Assembly: GCA_001949185.1 (NCBI GenBank)
Contig: BDGG01000002.1
Span: 753,702 to 769,268 of the forward strand
DNA from: Ramazzottius varieornatus
Taxonomy: Eukaryota > Animalia > Tardigrada
Direction: 5' to 3'
Length of the DNA: 15,567 nucleotides
The notes under the pieces are model-generated. The model had not been told where the DNA came from, ran no database searches, and saw nothing but the letters and a program-made list of their open reading frames with translations. Shown here piece by piece: positions 1 through 10,766 of this stretch; position 1 is the first letter of the stretch; each line of letters starts with the position of its first letter. The translations under genes were made by a program, and so were the position numbers.

Positions 1-893
1 GACCAAGGGAGTACCCCGGTTGCCTGGCGCACCCCAAAAGCCTTGCGGAATGGCTACTGTTGAACCTTTTCGGCTCAAATTTTCACGTTTGCTTTCGGAA
101 ACTTTGTCTCTTCCAGTTAAAAAAGACGTGAACTGGCTAGAAGCTTTCTGAAAATTTCGAGAGACTATTTCGTTTGTGGCCAGATTGTGTCTTGAGTTGA
201 CAGACCAAATTTTTACTCAAGAGCTGGCTGACGGAGAGCCTTCTTAAGAATTGGACAGAGAGCTAGTACATTGGTACCGTCTTAGACGCTCCAGTATGTT
301 CTATGCTGTGTGACCAGCGGTCAGAGCGATAAATAAAAAGTTCTGGCACTTTGGTTCACTCAGTGGCGCATTTTACTCGAAAAATGCGGCGAAGCTTACA
401 TGTGGTGATTGGCCCCATCTGACCCCACCCCATGATTCCAGCCAGTGAAAAATTGGGAAAGGTGATCTACCCCCCTTGTACTCCCAGTGCTCGGAAGTGC
501 GTGGTCTTTCAAGTGTTAATGGGAAAATCCCATCACGTCGAGAACCGGATTTGATGCTGTAGAATCGGCTCTCTCGAACACAGCCTGCTGTAACACACTC
601 TTACCAAAGTTCGTACATCCTAATAGTGTTACGTAGGTCAGTCGTCTTGACGAGCAATCACTTGACTCTGTGAGACCAGCCATTCCCGAATGCTGCCGAA
701 AGTCATGGTGAGGCTTTTCACGACAACGTTCTGCCTGAAATGTTACCAAAGCCGGTTGTCGGACCATCTTTCTCAGTCTCCAGTGTTTCCGTTTCAGGCC
801 CTATATATCGAGTACCTGGTCATAGGTGTCTAGGCCGTTCAACGACTGATATTTGTCCGCTATCTGGGGAAGAGCTTTCGTATTTCATCTTGA

Positions 894-1698
894 CGCCGCG
901 GCTTTCGGATACCGCTCAAATACGATCGCGAACTCTTCGAACTGCTGAAAAACTTTAATACAAACAGCTCGCAGGTACTGCGTTCCAGCCCTGTTGTCGA
1001 CTACCCACGAGGAATCATTTCCGCAGCGCAGACCATCCTAGCAATAACTGCCACTACTGTGTTTTTCCGCAGCCTGGCTAGATGCAGTCCACGATCTTCA
1101 TTCACGGTTCACACTGTCTCCGTAGTCCTGGCGGACCTGATGTGCGCATTCTTCACCGGCTTCATGGCGGTACAGGCCTTTGTTGGTCACTGGCCGTTCA
1201 ACGAACACGCCTGCTCATTCGCCGTGTTCCTGCTTTACGCTGGTGGCGTCAAGAGCTTGCACTGCGAGCTTCTCATTGCTCTGAATCGTTTCTGGGCGGT
1301 GTCTGCTCCACACCAATATCGCATTCATCACACAAAACGTCTCGCTGGCTATCTTTGCGCCGTAGTGTGGTTTCTCGGTTCCCTGCTGGTTTTGTAGGCG
1401 CAGAAAGATCAAGCAGAAGTGAACTTGGCATTTCTAGCCTGGACAGCTCTCCATGTTACATGTGTTCTGGGCACCGATTACTATCTACCAGCTCTTGCTA
1501 ACAGGAGCTCCCGACATATTCAAAGTGCACCCGGTGCTCTTCTCGTGGCTGGGAACGTGGAGCCTAACGAGCTACAGCTGCACACCATTTATTTTTGTCT
1601 TCACAATCCTGCGTTCCTCAAGGCCCCAACCGTTGCAGGGCGCGCGTCATATCCGCCGTCTACCAGCATCTGGTCACCTTACTAATCATGATGATTGA
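894..1698 (+). pseudogene. Class A GPCR pseudogene (locus 1)
   Basis: The frame is open from 894 (after TGA at 891-893) with no in-frame ATG before TM1. It reads N-glycosylation site NSS, TM1 GIISAAQTILAITATTVFF, TM2 VVLADL, ECL1/TM3 WPFNEHAC...ELLIALNRFWAV and TM4 LCAVVWFLGSLLVL, then TAG at 1395-1397. ECL2, TM5 and ICL3 are absent. TM6 NLAFLAWTALHVTC frameshifts near 1463 into FWAPITIY. TM7 SYSCTPFIFVFT frameshifts near 1604 into the helix-8-like NPAFLKA. Confidence 0.8.
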
Positions 1699-2360
1699 AA
1701 AGCCTCTGCTTGACGAAGCGCCAGCTTCGGGCTTACAGAATACCCCACCTACACCTCGTTCACGCCACACCGCAGCCACCTGACATATCGACGCAAAAGT
1801 GGAGTGTAGAACCCATTTGGCGAATTTTCGTAACGAGTTTTTTGTCAGCGAGCTTTCTTTGTGCATTCGACAGAATAATGTTTGTGCTCCATTTTGACTA
1901 TTAAAGTTTTGCCATAAATCTGCCCCGTGACGGGAGAGCGGCAGTCGAAGAAGCCCACATCTCCTTGTCCGAACCACTCATTACTACCGGTCGATTGATC
2001 AAAGTGGTCTGTTACATGACCCGATAGTATAATGTGTGATCTACATGGTGCTGGTTGAATTATGAAAATCGCAAGACGAGTTCAGAAGATGCAAGCAAGC
2101 AAATGGAAACCACGACCTGATCATGAAATATGACAGTGACTGTTCAACTATCAAATTATTTGGTAGAAATGAAAAAAAGGCCACAAACATGTGGAACCAG
2201 GTCGGCAAATGAATTAAAACCGTCGAAGTCAGCCATTCCGCCGGGAAAACCGTTTTGTGGCGCAAAGTGTAGCGTTGGCTCGGAAAGACAGATTTCTGTG
2301 AAGTTCCGACCGTGTTCTAATTATTCTTAGGAACGTTACTGCAGGAGCTGAGCTAATCAT

Positions 2361-2388
2361 GGGGGGGGGGGAGAGAGAGAGAGAGAGA
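2361..2388. repeat. G homopolymer followed by (GA)n microsatellite
   Basis: G11 followed by about 8 AG units, read directly. Confidence 0.9.
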
Positions 2389-2569
2389 ACAGCCTTGAGA
2401 ACTGCGAAAGTTCGTGTAAATAATACTTCGCATCTTCGCTGGTTTAACGTCGTTCCCGACTCTTCGTAGACAGATTTCCGGCCCATACTCTTTCAGCAGG
2501 TGGCCGGAAGGGTGCTAAACCAAGGAAAAATTTGGCTCGAAGTGGAGCAGGGATCCAATCACGAAAGTT

Positions 2570-2734
2570 GAGTTGTACAGCTAAGTTCCGTGCTAGTGGC
2601 AGACCCTGCCAAGGTATCATCTGAACCTTTAGTCATATACCTGGTGCTCCTTCGACTCAACGCCGATGCCAGATTCGAACACTTGACGTAGTACGCTAAC
2701 GCAGCGCTTTATCTTGTTGCTTAGATAACCGCCC
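2570..2734 (-). mobile_element. Possible tRNA-derived SINE (degenerate)
   Basis: The minus strand begins GGGCGGTTATCTAAGC and has a Pol III B-box GTTCGAATC at 2680-2672, about 54 nt from the start as in a tRNA. There is partial acceptor-stem pairing with CATCGGC, followed by a non-tRNA body. The cloverleaf is imperfect and the 3' boundary is uncertain. Confidence 0.3.
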
Positions 2735-3115
2735 TAATACTCGTTACCGCTGTTCCACGGTTGGCCTTAAAGTGCACTTTTGCCGTTCTGGTAAGTATTA
2801 TATCACTTCCAAATCTAAAACCCTGAGTCTCGAGGGCGTGGGTCGCGACATAGCCTTCTGTGGACCTGTTTGGCGACAGGTCCAATCTAATCACAGTATG
2901 CCAGCTCGCGACGTTTGAACTACTACAACGTAGAGTAGAAAGCCGGAGGACATAACAGTGGCCTCTTCCAGGGTGAGCCCCCATAAAGCTCTCAACCCTT
3001 ATCTAGGTATAAATTAAATACGTTTCACGGAAAGCACTCAGTACACCCCAATCCGCGCCATTTGTGATCGTTGTCTACTTGGCAGCTTGATAACTTGTGT
3101 TTTCTTGCTAGACAA

Positions 3116-4033
3116 ATGGATAACATCACGGTGCGTATAACAGTGGAACGGAACAGCTCTAATCGGTTCCTTCCAACTGTAGACGCTGGACAGTATGGCC
3201 CTGCGTTTTACGGGTGGTCTTCGGTGGCCTTACTGCTTATGTACGCAGGCGCCTTTGGCAATATCTTAACCATTCTGGCTATTTTTCGCTCACGGTGGTG
3301 GAAAACCGGCATTCAAGTGTTGATCCTAAGCATGAACATCGCCGACCTTTTAAACACTTTGATTTTCTACCCTCATCAAGTCATCAACATGACTTTGGGT
3401 AAAGTGTACCCTTGGAACGTACAGCCATTCTGTCGTTTGATAGGCTATTTTGCTATGGGTGTAAACTTCCTGGTACCAATGCATTGCGCAATGATTGCAG
3501 TCAACCGGTTGGTGAGTATTGTGGTCACAGGTCCACTGAAATTTCTGGCAGAGCGTCCGGCCGCCATTGTTATGTGTGTTATCGCTTGGATGATCCCCTT
3601 TTTCCTGTTCCTTTTTCCCCTGATCGAAGTTGATGGCCGGATTGGTCATGATTCGACGTACGGTTATTGCACCTGGCTGGGAGCGCGCGGTTCGCGAGCA
3701 CTGTCGTACACTATTTCTACTGTCACATTATATGTTCCTGCTGCCATTATCATTTCTTGCTACGTGGCAATATTCGTCTATCTGACAAAAATGAGACATG
3801 TCGTGGGACACCATAATTCAACCAACATAGTTTCAGCACCGCGGAAACTGGCTCGCGCGAGACGAGGGATTCAAGTCACCAACATGATGATGGTGACATT
3901 CCTGGTGTTCGTGATCTGTTATATCCCAAGTACGATTTTCTTTTACATGTTCAGAGACGTACCGGTTGAAAAAAGAAGGATGTTGCTCTGCTGGCTTTCA
4001 CTCGTTTACTGGCTTGGAGCTGCTTGCAATCCG
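3116..4033 (+). CDS. Class A GPCR locus 2, coding exon 1 (TM1-TM7 to NP); Moody/Tre1/GPR84/melatonin-receptor-like orphan
   Basis: ATG at 3116 (acaaATGG). Motifs: NIT and NSS glycosylation sites, GN1.50, IAD2.50, C3.25, IAVNRL, W4.50, ECL2 GHDSTYGYC, P5.50...CY, CYIP in TM6, and NP ending at the donor CCG|gtaagg. 306 codons. Confidence 0.93.
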
Positions 4034-4127
4034 GTAAGGAATTTACTACAAGTAGTATCACGCGTTGTGTACCACTTATGCTTCACAAATTACTTGCGAT
4101 TTCAGCCCATATCGTGTTTTACTGCAG
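4034..4127 (+). other. 94-nt GT-AG intron, phase 0, inside NP|VIY
   Basis: gtaagg...ttttactgcag. Splicing restores NPVIYSVMNREFR. Confidence 0.92.
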
Positions 4128-4286
4128 GTAATCTACTCAGTTATGAATCGAGAATTTCGAGCTGTCTACCGTCAGCTCTTTTGTCCCCATGTAAACCGGA
4201 ATTTATCAAGAGAGCGGACCGGAGGTGCAAAAACCGCAAGCCAAATATTACCGTCCCATGCAGTTCGGGCCACTACTCATCTGTAG
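4128..4286 (+). CDS. GPCR locus 2, coding exon 2 (end of TM7, helix 8, C-tail)
   Basis: VIYSVMNREFRAVYRQLFCPH...RATTHL-stop, with helix 8 and a candidate palmitoylation Cys. The spliced protein is 358 aa. Confidence 0.92.
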   Translation, partial: VIYSVMNREFRAVYRQLFCPHVNRNLSRERTGGAKTASQILPSHAVRATTHL

Positions 4287-7200
4287 AGGTTTGTCGCATG
4301 GCCAAACGAAGATGCTTCAAGGAAGCGGGAATGTGGTATAGACTTTGACCTACCAGACTATATTTCACGAGTCGTATAACGCAACCAGAAGAGGAACGTA
4401 GAGTGTTGGTGTCATCCTCTGCATCGTCGGCGTCCAGAGGACGTTGCTCCCGTCTTGACGAGTCCTATGTTTGAACCTCCACAAAGCAAAATCTTATCGC
4501 TCATGCCCGCTAAAATACATGCTCTTCCCATATAAATGTCCTAACCCCTCCATTCGAAAGAATAATTAAGTTTATTACTACACTAAGCCCGAAAACCATG
4601 CGCTTCTTAATGTTCTTTATAAGGATCAGACTGTGTATCAATGGACCCCCCCCCCCCGCAACGCGTCCGGCACCCATCCGCAACGTTTCCGCTCAATACA
4701 GCGACGAGAACGTGAGCTTAGTTAAGTCAACCCAATCAATCGAAAAAAACCCCGCATCAGCAGTGCTGGTTATGGCATGCCTTCGTAGACCTGTAAGGGT
4801 CGGGAAAAAGGGCCAATGAAGTTTCCTTAGGAATCAGCGAGAAACTGCTGATTTCTTTATTGTACAAATGTGTTATCCAGGTACTGAATCCATGTTTAGG
4901 CATTTTGCACGAGACGTCGGTGAAACGAAACGCGTAGAATCAGAGCGTATCCTGAGTACGCTGAAAAATACGGTCCACGTCGTGTGCGTCAACGCTCAAT
5001 ATCACGAGGTCGACGATGAGCCGTTCTGCTAGCACCATCACAGTCCTAAATCGGGCCAAGTACGAGAAAATGCACAGTCACGACGTGCGATTGATCTGGG
5101 AAATTTGTTTTCTCCGCTTCCCTTGGATCATCCACACAGCGAACTGACGAATCTCATTACTGTATTCACTCTAAGGTTCTGCGCAGTACGTCATCACGAA
5201 AATGAACCACACCCGTATTTATTTTACCCTAGAATATGCTGATTTTTTGATTGTCGCCCGTCAAGTTATTACTTGTTGCACTTTGTTTTGTGAATGTCTG
5301 ACCGGACGCAGATGCGTCGAATTTCTGGTCGTGATAAGTGTCAGTTTCGGATAGTCATGAGGACTTGGAAGCGTCTTTCGAGCGTACAAACCGCTAGCTA
5401 TCCGCAAGCAATCAACGATACAGATGTCATCCTGTGCGCTTGCCTTACGTAACACGACCTTTCAAGCACGAGAAAGATTTGTTTCCCGCTTTCCAATTTC
5501 CTTCCTTCAGCACTGGCCTAACCGGCTTTGAAGTCACACGCATCAGCCTGTAGAACAAAGTAAGGTCTCTGTAATGATATAAATGATCAGATTATGACTT
5601 CTTTTGAAAATTCCTGTTATTTCGGGACACAAAGGCAACTTATAAAATGCGCTACTTTAGTGAGGTGGAAAAAATTAGTTTGTCCTGTCTCACAGAGTTT
5701 TCGAAAACTCATGATAGTCTCAGTGGATACGAGTAGCTCATCATGGGGTCAATGTTTTGGGAGAAAGCTTGATATCTCGAAAGAGCGTTTATAGAGCTAT
5801 CGCTGGAAAATATGACCGAGTTTCTATAAAGATCAGGGTGCTTGAAAAAGTTTTCTCTTCGAAAGTAGCGGGTTTTTCCAGAAATCAGTTACTTTCGCTC
5901 AGGTGATATTTCATCTCGGCGAGTACTGGGGATCAGAATGCTCAAAAGCCGGATATGATGATGCTCTATGTTGCAAACCACTTGGCGGAAATCACGTGCG
6001 TGAAATGACACAAACAAGTGTTCGAAGTTATTGTTGTGGAAAAGTTGCAAGTCATACTTTCGCACCTAACTTAGTAAATCTCTTCTCATAATGACGAGTG
6101 ATCAAAGCGTAATATGCGTGCGAGATTATTCTTACAATACATATTAAAATCCGTTCAATGTTGCGAAAGAGAAGCTCTGGTAAGGTGGAACCAGCAAAAC
6201 AGCTTTCGGGAAAACCGTCCGCGAGTCCCTTGAGTATCAAGAACGGAAGCGAAGAGATGAAAGATGGAAAAATAACCAGAGATTGTCCACTCCTGTTGGC
6301 ACACACGATAGCTCCTCGATTCTGATTTATATATACTGCTATCCTTTTATTTTCACTGTTTCTTCTTGCATTCGCCGAGTTCCAGTCCGAATTGGTTCAA
6401 ACTTTGCTCAAAATTCAGAAATGTTGCCTAGATGTTCACAACGTGGCTACTTTTTTCGTTTTGTGCCTTGCGGTTCATATCTTGATTTTTTCTCGAAATT
6501 TTACGCCACCTGTATGTTTTCGTAATGCGGCTCATTGCCTAGCGAAGGAGCAAATAATTTACACAAGCCTTATTATCCTGCCCTTCGTGAACCATTCAAT
6601 ATTCGGCCGTTCGGAATTTGAATCCATAGTACGGACTGGCCCAAAAACAAGCAGCTGTGGAAGGCAGAATGTCCAAGTTCCAGTCATTTTGAAAACGCTC
6701 ACGCACCCATATGAAGAAACTCATTTCGAACTTGGTACTTTGGTCAGCGAGCAAAATGTTCAGGAATGAATTTTTTCATCTGAGGCTGTTTGGGTGGATT
6801 TGAAACAGCTACCGCAGCCTTCTGTATTACTCATTGACGCTTCTTTAGGTCCAAAGTTCAGGCTGATCAGATGGAAGATGACCGAGTTATATTTTTTTTG
6901 TGAAGGGTAGATAGCCCTTATCAGTGGACTTTGGACCGCCTTGATTACTGCGTGGTTTTTGTATGGAAAGCCTTGTTTTGAAGCTCTGTATGGCATCACA
7001 AAGTAAAACACACTTCGCAGCAACTCAAAACGTGGAAGGTAGTCGCCAGCAGTCGCCGGCAGTCAGGAAGATGGAAGTTGTGGTGAAAGAGAGATAGCGT
7101 CTCGGTAACGTCTAAGTAGCCTTCTACCTGGCAAGATGTCGCGCCCAAATACCGAATGTCATTTGGCGTGTAATGAACCGAGGCAGCAACACATTACAGC

Positions 7201-8254
7201 TTGCCACGTTAGTTTATAAAAAACAGTTCACCTGGACCCTTCTCAAGGGAGTGGGCAAACGGCCGACCACTGGTCAATCGTTACCTGTGGGTGCGCAGAG
7301 GTGCGCGTTGGTCATCGAGTCCCCCTCATTAAAACTAACAACTTGATGTCTCTAGGCATGTTCTTACACCCATACAAGGGATGTACCTAGTCCGAAATGA
7401 TTTTTTTCATATGCATTTAATGCCATATGATCTCGCGCGCTCCAAAAGCGAAGGAAAACTCACACGCAGAGTGACTCTCGGCAGAACTTCTTGTTTTTAA
7501 AGTTGATGACACGACTATAATCGAATTTCGTATGATAATGCACTTTTTTGATCAAGCGATTAAAATTCGAAATACAGGACGCCGGTATTTTCCGGGTCCA
7601 AAATGTTCAGTGTATTCCATGGCCTCGAAACTTCATAAAGATTGTCCGCTAGCAAGCAGCACAGCCATGGTATGATGAAATTTTTGCGGAAGTCTAAAGA
7701 TATGAGCTCCGGTCAGGTTTTGGGACACTGAAAAAGTCCTGAATGGCACCAAGTGGGTGTGGTTATGGGACTGTTGATAATACGTGCTTTCTGTTCTCGT
7801 GCGTATTAATTTTTGTGTGAGACTGCAGAAAATAGTAAATGGAAATTTTCCATATTGATTTCATGCCTGTATAACTTTTTGCTTGAAATTTGGTGAATAT
7901 CGCCTTCTCCGTCGAATACTACCTTCTTCGTCCTCGAGTCTCCAGCATGGAAAGAACATTTCGTCAATGCATTTCGGTAGAAGAAAATGCGCTGATAGAT
8001 ACCTTCTAGACGTCTATCTAGCGGCATCCTAAGCTCTGTTTCATTTGCTGATGCGTAGCACTTTTGCTACCCTGGCCACGCAAGCGTTCGTCTTTCCCAG
8101 AATCTGAAAACGGCTGTAATTTTTTGCTAGCTCGTGGGGAACGAATGGCCGTTACAGAAAGTCGAGATCAGCTCTTGGTCATCCCGCTACCGGGGAATAT
8201 CAGCCGATAAGATCTTTGATCCTCGTCATGTACGACCCCGAACACGAACGTACG

Positions 8255-8371
8255 ACGGGAATCAGGCCCCAGTCATAACAGACTGTCAGCGCAGTCCACG
8301 TACNNNNNNNNNNNNNNNNNNNNNNNNNNNNNNNNNNNNNNNNNNNNNNNNNNCTGGGGCCTGATTCCCGT
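8255..8371. repeat. Perfect 18-bp inverted repeat flanking the assembly gap; probable DNA-transposon (PIF/Harbinger-like) termini
   Basis: ACGGGAATCAGGCCCCAG (8255-8272) is the exact reverse complement of CTGGGGCCTGATTCCCGT (8354-8371). The family assignment is an inference from the GGGGCC start with flanking CWG. Confidence 0.65.
8304..8353. other. Assembly gap (50 N)
   Basis: Run of 50 N. Confidence 1.
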
Positions 8372-8458
8372 GTTTTGCTAAAGGCAGCACTTCTTAGTTC
8401 ACTAATTAGGGAACCCCCAATCCGGCAAACAGCTATCGACACCCCAAATTTTACTGAG

Positions 8459-8517
8459 AGGTAGAAACCATTTTCAGAGGCAGAAACCATTTTTGAAAGG
8501 CAGAAATCACGTTTTCA
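8459..8517. repeat. Tandem repeat, 3 x 19-20 bp
   Basis: aggtagaaaccattttcag / aggcagaaaccatttttgaa / aggcagaaatcacgttttca. Confidence 0.8.
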
Positions 8518-9518
8518 TCAAGCGCTCCATCCCACAATGCGTCTGTTGGCGAGTGCGCTATTAAGCCTAACTTGAACTGCGACAGCTTCATCTACTGTAA
8601 TAATCAGTTGAGGATTCACTATCCACTTAGGTTCTAGCCCGTATTAAAGGGGTGTTGAAATTAAAGAATTAAACCGGGGTGACAATAGCCAAACAGGGTT
8701 TCAAGGGGTGCCTATAGCATCACCCTAAAATTTGTGCTTTAATATGGAGAAATCAAAGTAGCCGAAACTCTCACCCAAAAGCGGTCTGATCGACGTTCTA
8801 GAATCCGTTCCCAGAAGGTTCACTTGTGAATGCAGTTTGTGTTTTGTGTTTAGTCAGAAGCTGACCGTAGTTTTTTTAATTTTTGTTTCCCATTCTTCTC
8901 TGCTATCTATTTCAGTTTTTCTACATCACTGACAAGCTGCGAGCGAGCGGAAGGCGAAGCGAACAGCTTGTACGTTTAAAGTCCTAAGGTAGTTCTGTAA
9001 TTAGTATTCCTATCTGCTGCACAGAAAATCAGAGAGTAAGTGGGCGGGATTAGCGCCCTCTGCAGGCGATGAATGTCTTTTGGCGTCCCAACAATCACAT
9101 TTGCCTGCTGATTGGATTCTTCACCCCCTACTCGGTGCATGTCTCTGGCTGTACTATTTGTGGATCGAGGTATGGTTCGAAACCAGCGTGTGTATCCATC
9201 TGGATGCCGTTTATACGATTCAATCAAGGATGATCAACTAGATGAAGCGCGCTGATACTCTTGTTTTGCCCAAAGGAGTCATCCGGTGGCCGACTCCAGG
9301 CGAGACGTCGTTGTGGTGCATTGATCATACGACAGATCTCTCGAGACGGAAGTTATCTATATCTTCACTTCCAAATGGAATCCCCTTTGTCCTCTGCACC
9401 AGTATTAATTAATATCACAATCAATCAGCCATAAGTGTCTTCCGACGGTAGCTGTCAAGATGAGCCGTCCTCTGTAATATTGATATTTAAATGAACAAAC
9501 GGTCAAATAATTTCAAAG

Positions 9519-9622
9519 GTAAATTCTGAGCTTCGTGCGTCGACATTTCGATCAGACTGTGCAGTATAGATTTTGATTTCGTTTCCCATAATCCTCCCGC
9601 TTGTACTCCTCTAATTTCGCAG
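9519..9622 (+). other. Candidate 5' UTR intron of GPCR locus 3
   Basis: Donor aaag|gtaaat at 9519, branch-like ctaat at 9611-9615 and acceptor ttcgcag ending at 9622, 24 nt before the ATG. Confidence 0.45.
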
Positions 9623-9646
9623 AACTTGTTCTGCTCAGTCGTTAAA

Positions 9647-10522
9647 ATGGCCGATATCCTCAACTCTAGCAGACAGAAAAATAGCACGGATGATCCATTA
9701 CCCGGGGGCCTGCTCTTCGAAAATATGCAGATCGAGTGGCGTATAGCATTTCTTGCTTTGAGGATCATATCCGTTCTGAGCAACCTAGCGTTAGCTGTTG
9801 CTGTGTACGCAGACCGCACGTCCAAAGCTGGACCACGGCTTCTCATCGGAAATTTGGCAGTAAGCGGCTTCCTCCTCAGCGCCTGTCTGTTTCCCGTCAT
9901 GTCACTGCAAGAGTGGATGCCACCAGGCTTCATCTCTTCACCTTGCGCCGTTATCTCGGTCGTCTTCTTCTTTGCTACTGCTGTCAGTTGGGCTGATGTT
10001 GGCTTAGCAGTAAACCGTACTGTGGCCATCTGTTTCCCCTTCTACTATGATACTTTTCGCAGTCAGAAAGTCACTTGGGCTCTGATAGCATTCAGTTGGA
10101 GCCTGAGCACTGTTATAGCATTGCTAACAGCTACTGAAACAGGTGTCAAGTTTTTGTACCTACAAAAACTTCAATGCACCATCACGGTCACAAGCCAATT
10201 CGGCTATTTTTACAGCAGTTTAGGCACGGTCATTCCCTACGTTTTCATCGGCACGGCTTCTATTGGAATATTTGTTGTGGCAAGGGTGAAGTTGCACCAG
10301 CCACCAGCTGATGTTGTGGCCGGTGCCAGGACGATACGTTTGCTGAAACGACGGCTGGTAATCGCTAAAGCTATGTTTGTTTCTCTATTGTGGAGCTTGA
10401 TCTGTGTGTTACCAGCATTCATCATGATTTCAACCCCTGGTCTGGCAGAAGATGTCCGGAGAAAGAGCTGGCTGGGCAACCTCGTCTCAGCTTGCTGGGC
10501 CATGATGTATGGCGGAAATCCC
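9647..10522 (+). CDS. Class A orphan GPCR locus 3, coding exon 1
   Basis: ATG at 9647 (aaaATGG). Motifs: NSS and NST glycosylation sites, SN1.50, NLAVSG (D2.50 replaced by G), TM3 C...WADVGLAVNRTVAICFP..Y, W4.50, ECL2 Cys, P5.50, CVLP in TM6, and NP ending at the donor CCC|gtaaga. 292 codons. Confidence 0.92.
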
Positions 10523-10580
10523 GTAAGACAAAGATGCCGCTTCTGCTAGGGTACGCAGCACTGCCATCTATTCTTTACAG
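10523..10580 (+). other. 58-nt GT-AG intron, phase 0, inside NP|VIY
   Basis: gtaaga...ttctttacag. It contains an in-frame stop, and splicing restores NPVIYFAMSPPYR. Confidence 0.92.
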
Positions 10581-10766
10581 GTTATTTATTTCGCCATGAG
10601 CCCGCCATATCGGCAATACCTCCTACAAGTTGTCTGTCCTGGTCTGCGGACGACTCGGTCTGCCCGAGTCCGACCTTCAGTCCGCGGTGATGGCACTTCC
10701 GCGCAGGATCAGGAATTCGCTCTACAAAAGCGAACTCGTACTGCGACACACACGTCCACCGTCTAG
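10581..10766 (+). CDS. GPCR locus 3, coding exon 2 (not in the ORF track)
   Basis: VIYFAMSPPYRQYLLQVVCPGLRTTRSARVRPSVRGDGTSAQDQEFALQKRTRTATHTSTV-stop (TAG 10764-10766). The spliced protein is 353 aa. Confidence 0.9.
   Translation, partial: VIYFAMSPPYRQYLLQVVCPGLRTTRSARVRPSVRGDGTSAQDQEFALQKRTRTATHTSTV

Noticed and set aside
7-485. 8-bp inverted repeat GGGAGTAC/GTACTCCC as MITE ends
   Set aside because: It is too short, does not extend and has no target-site duplication, although the region may still be repeat-derived.
3071-4348. The 425-aa ORF as the true protein
   Set aside because: It uses a TTG start and reads through the 94-nt intron. The spliced model 3116-4033 plus 4128-4286 restores NPVIY and helix 8.
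6052-6306. Possible fifth GPCR or transposase fragment (FISSLPFL...FPESCF)
   Set aside because: The resemblance is only a few residues, with no flanking TM or catalytic motifs.
8459-8517. CRISPR-like array
   Set aside because: The repeats are contiguous without spacers, the context is eukaryotic and there are no cas genes.
9487-10029. 180-aa antisense ORF
   Set aside because: It is mostly the shadow of the locus 3 coding strand and has no recognisable motifs.
3116-10766. Opsin or biogenic-amine receptor identity for the intact genes
   Set aside because: Neither has Lys at 7.43 (W and A) or Asp at 3.32 (A and V).
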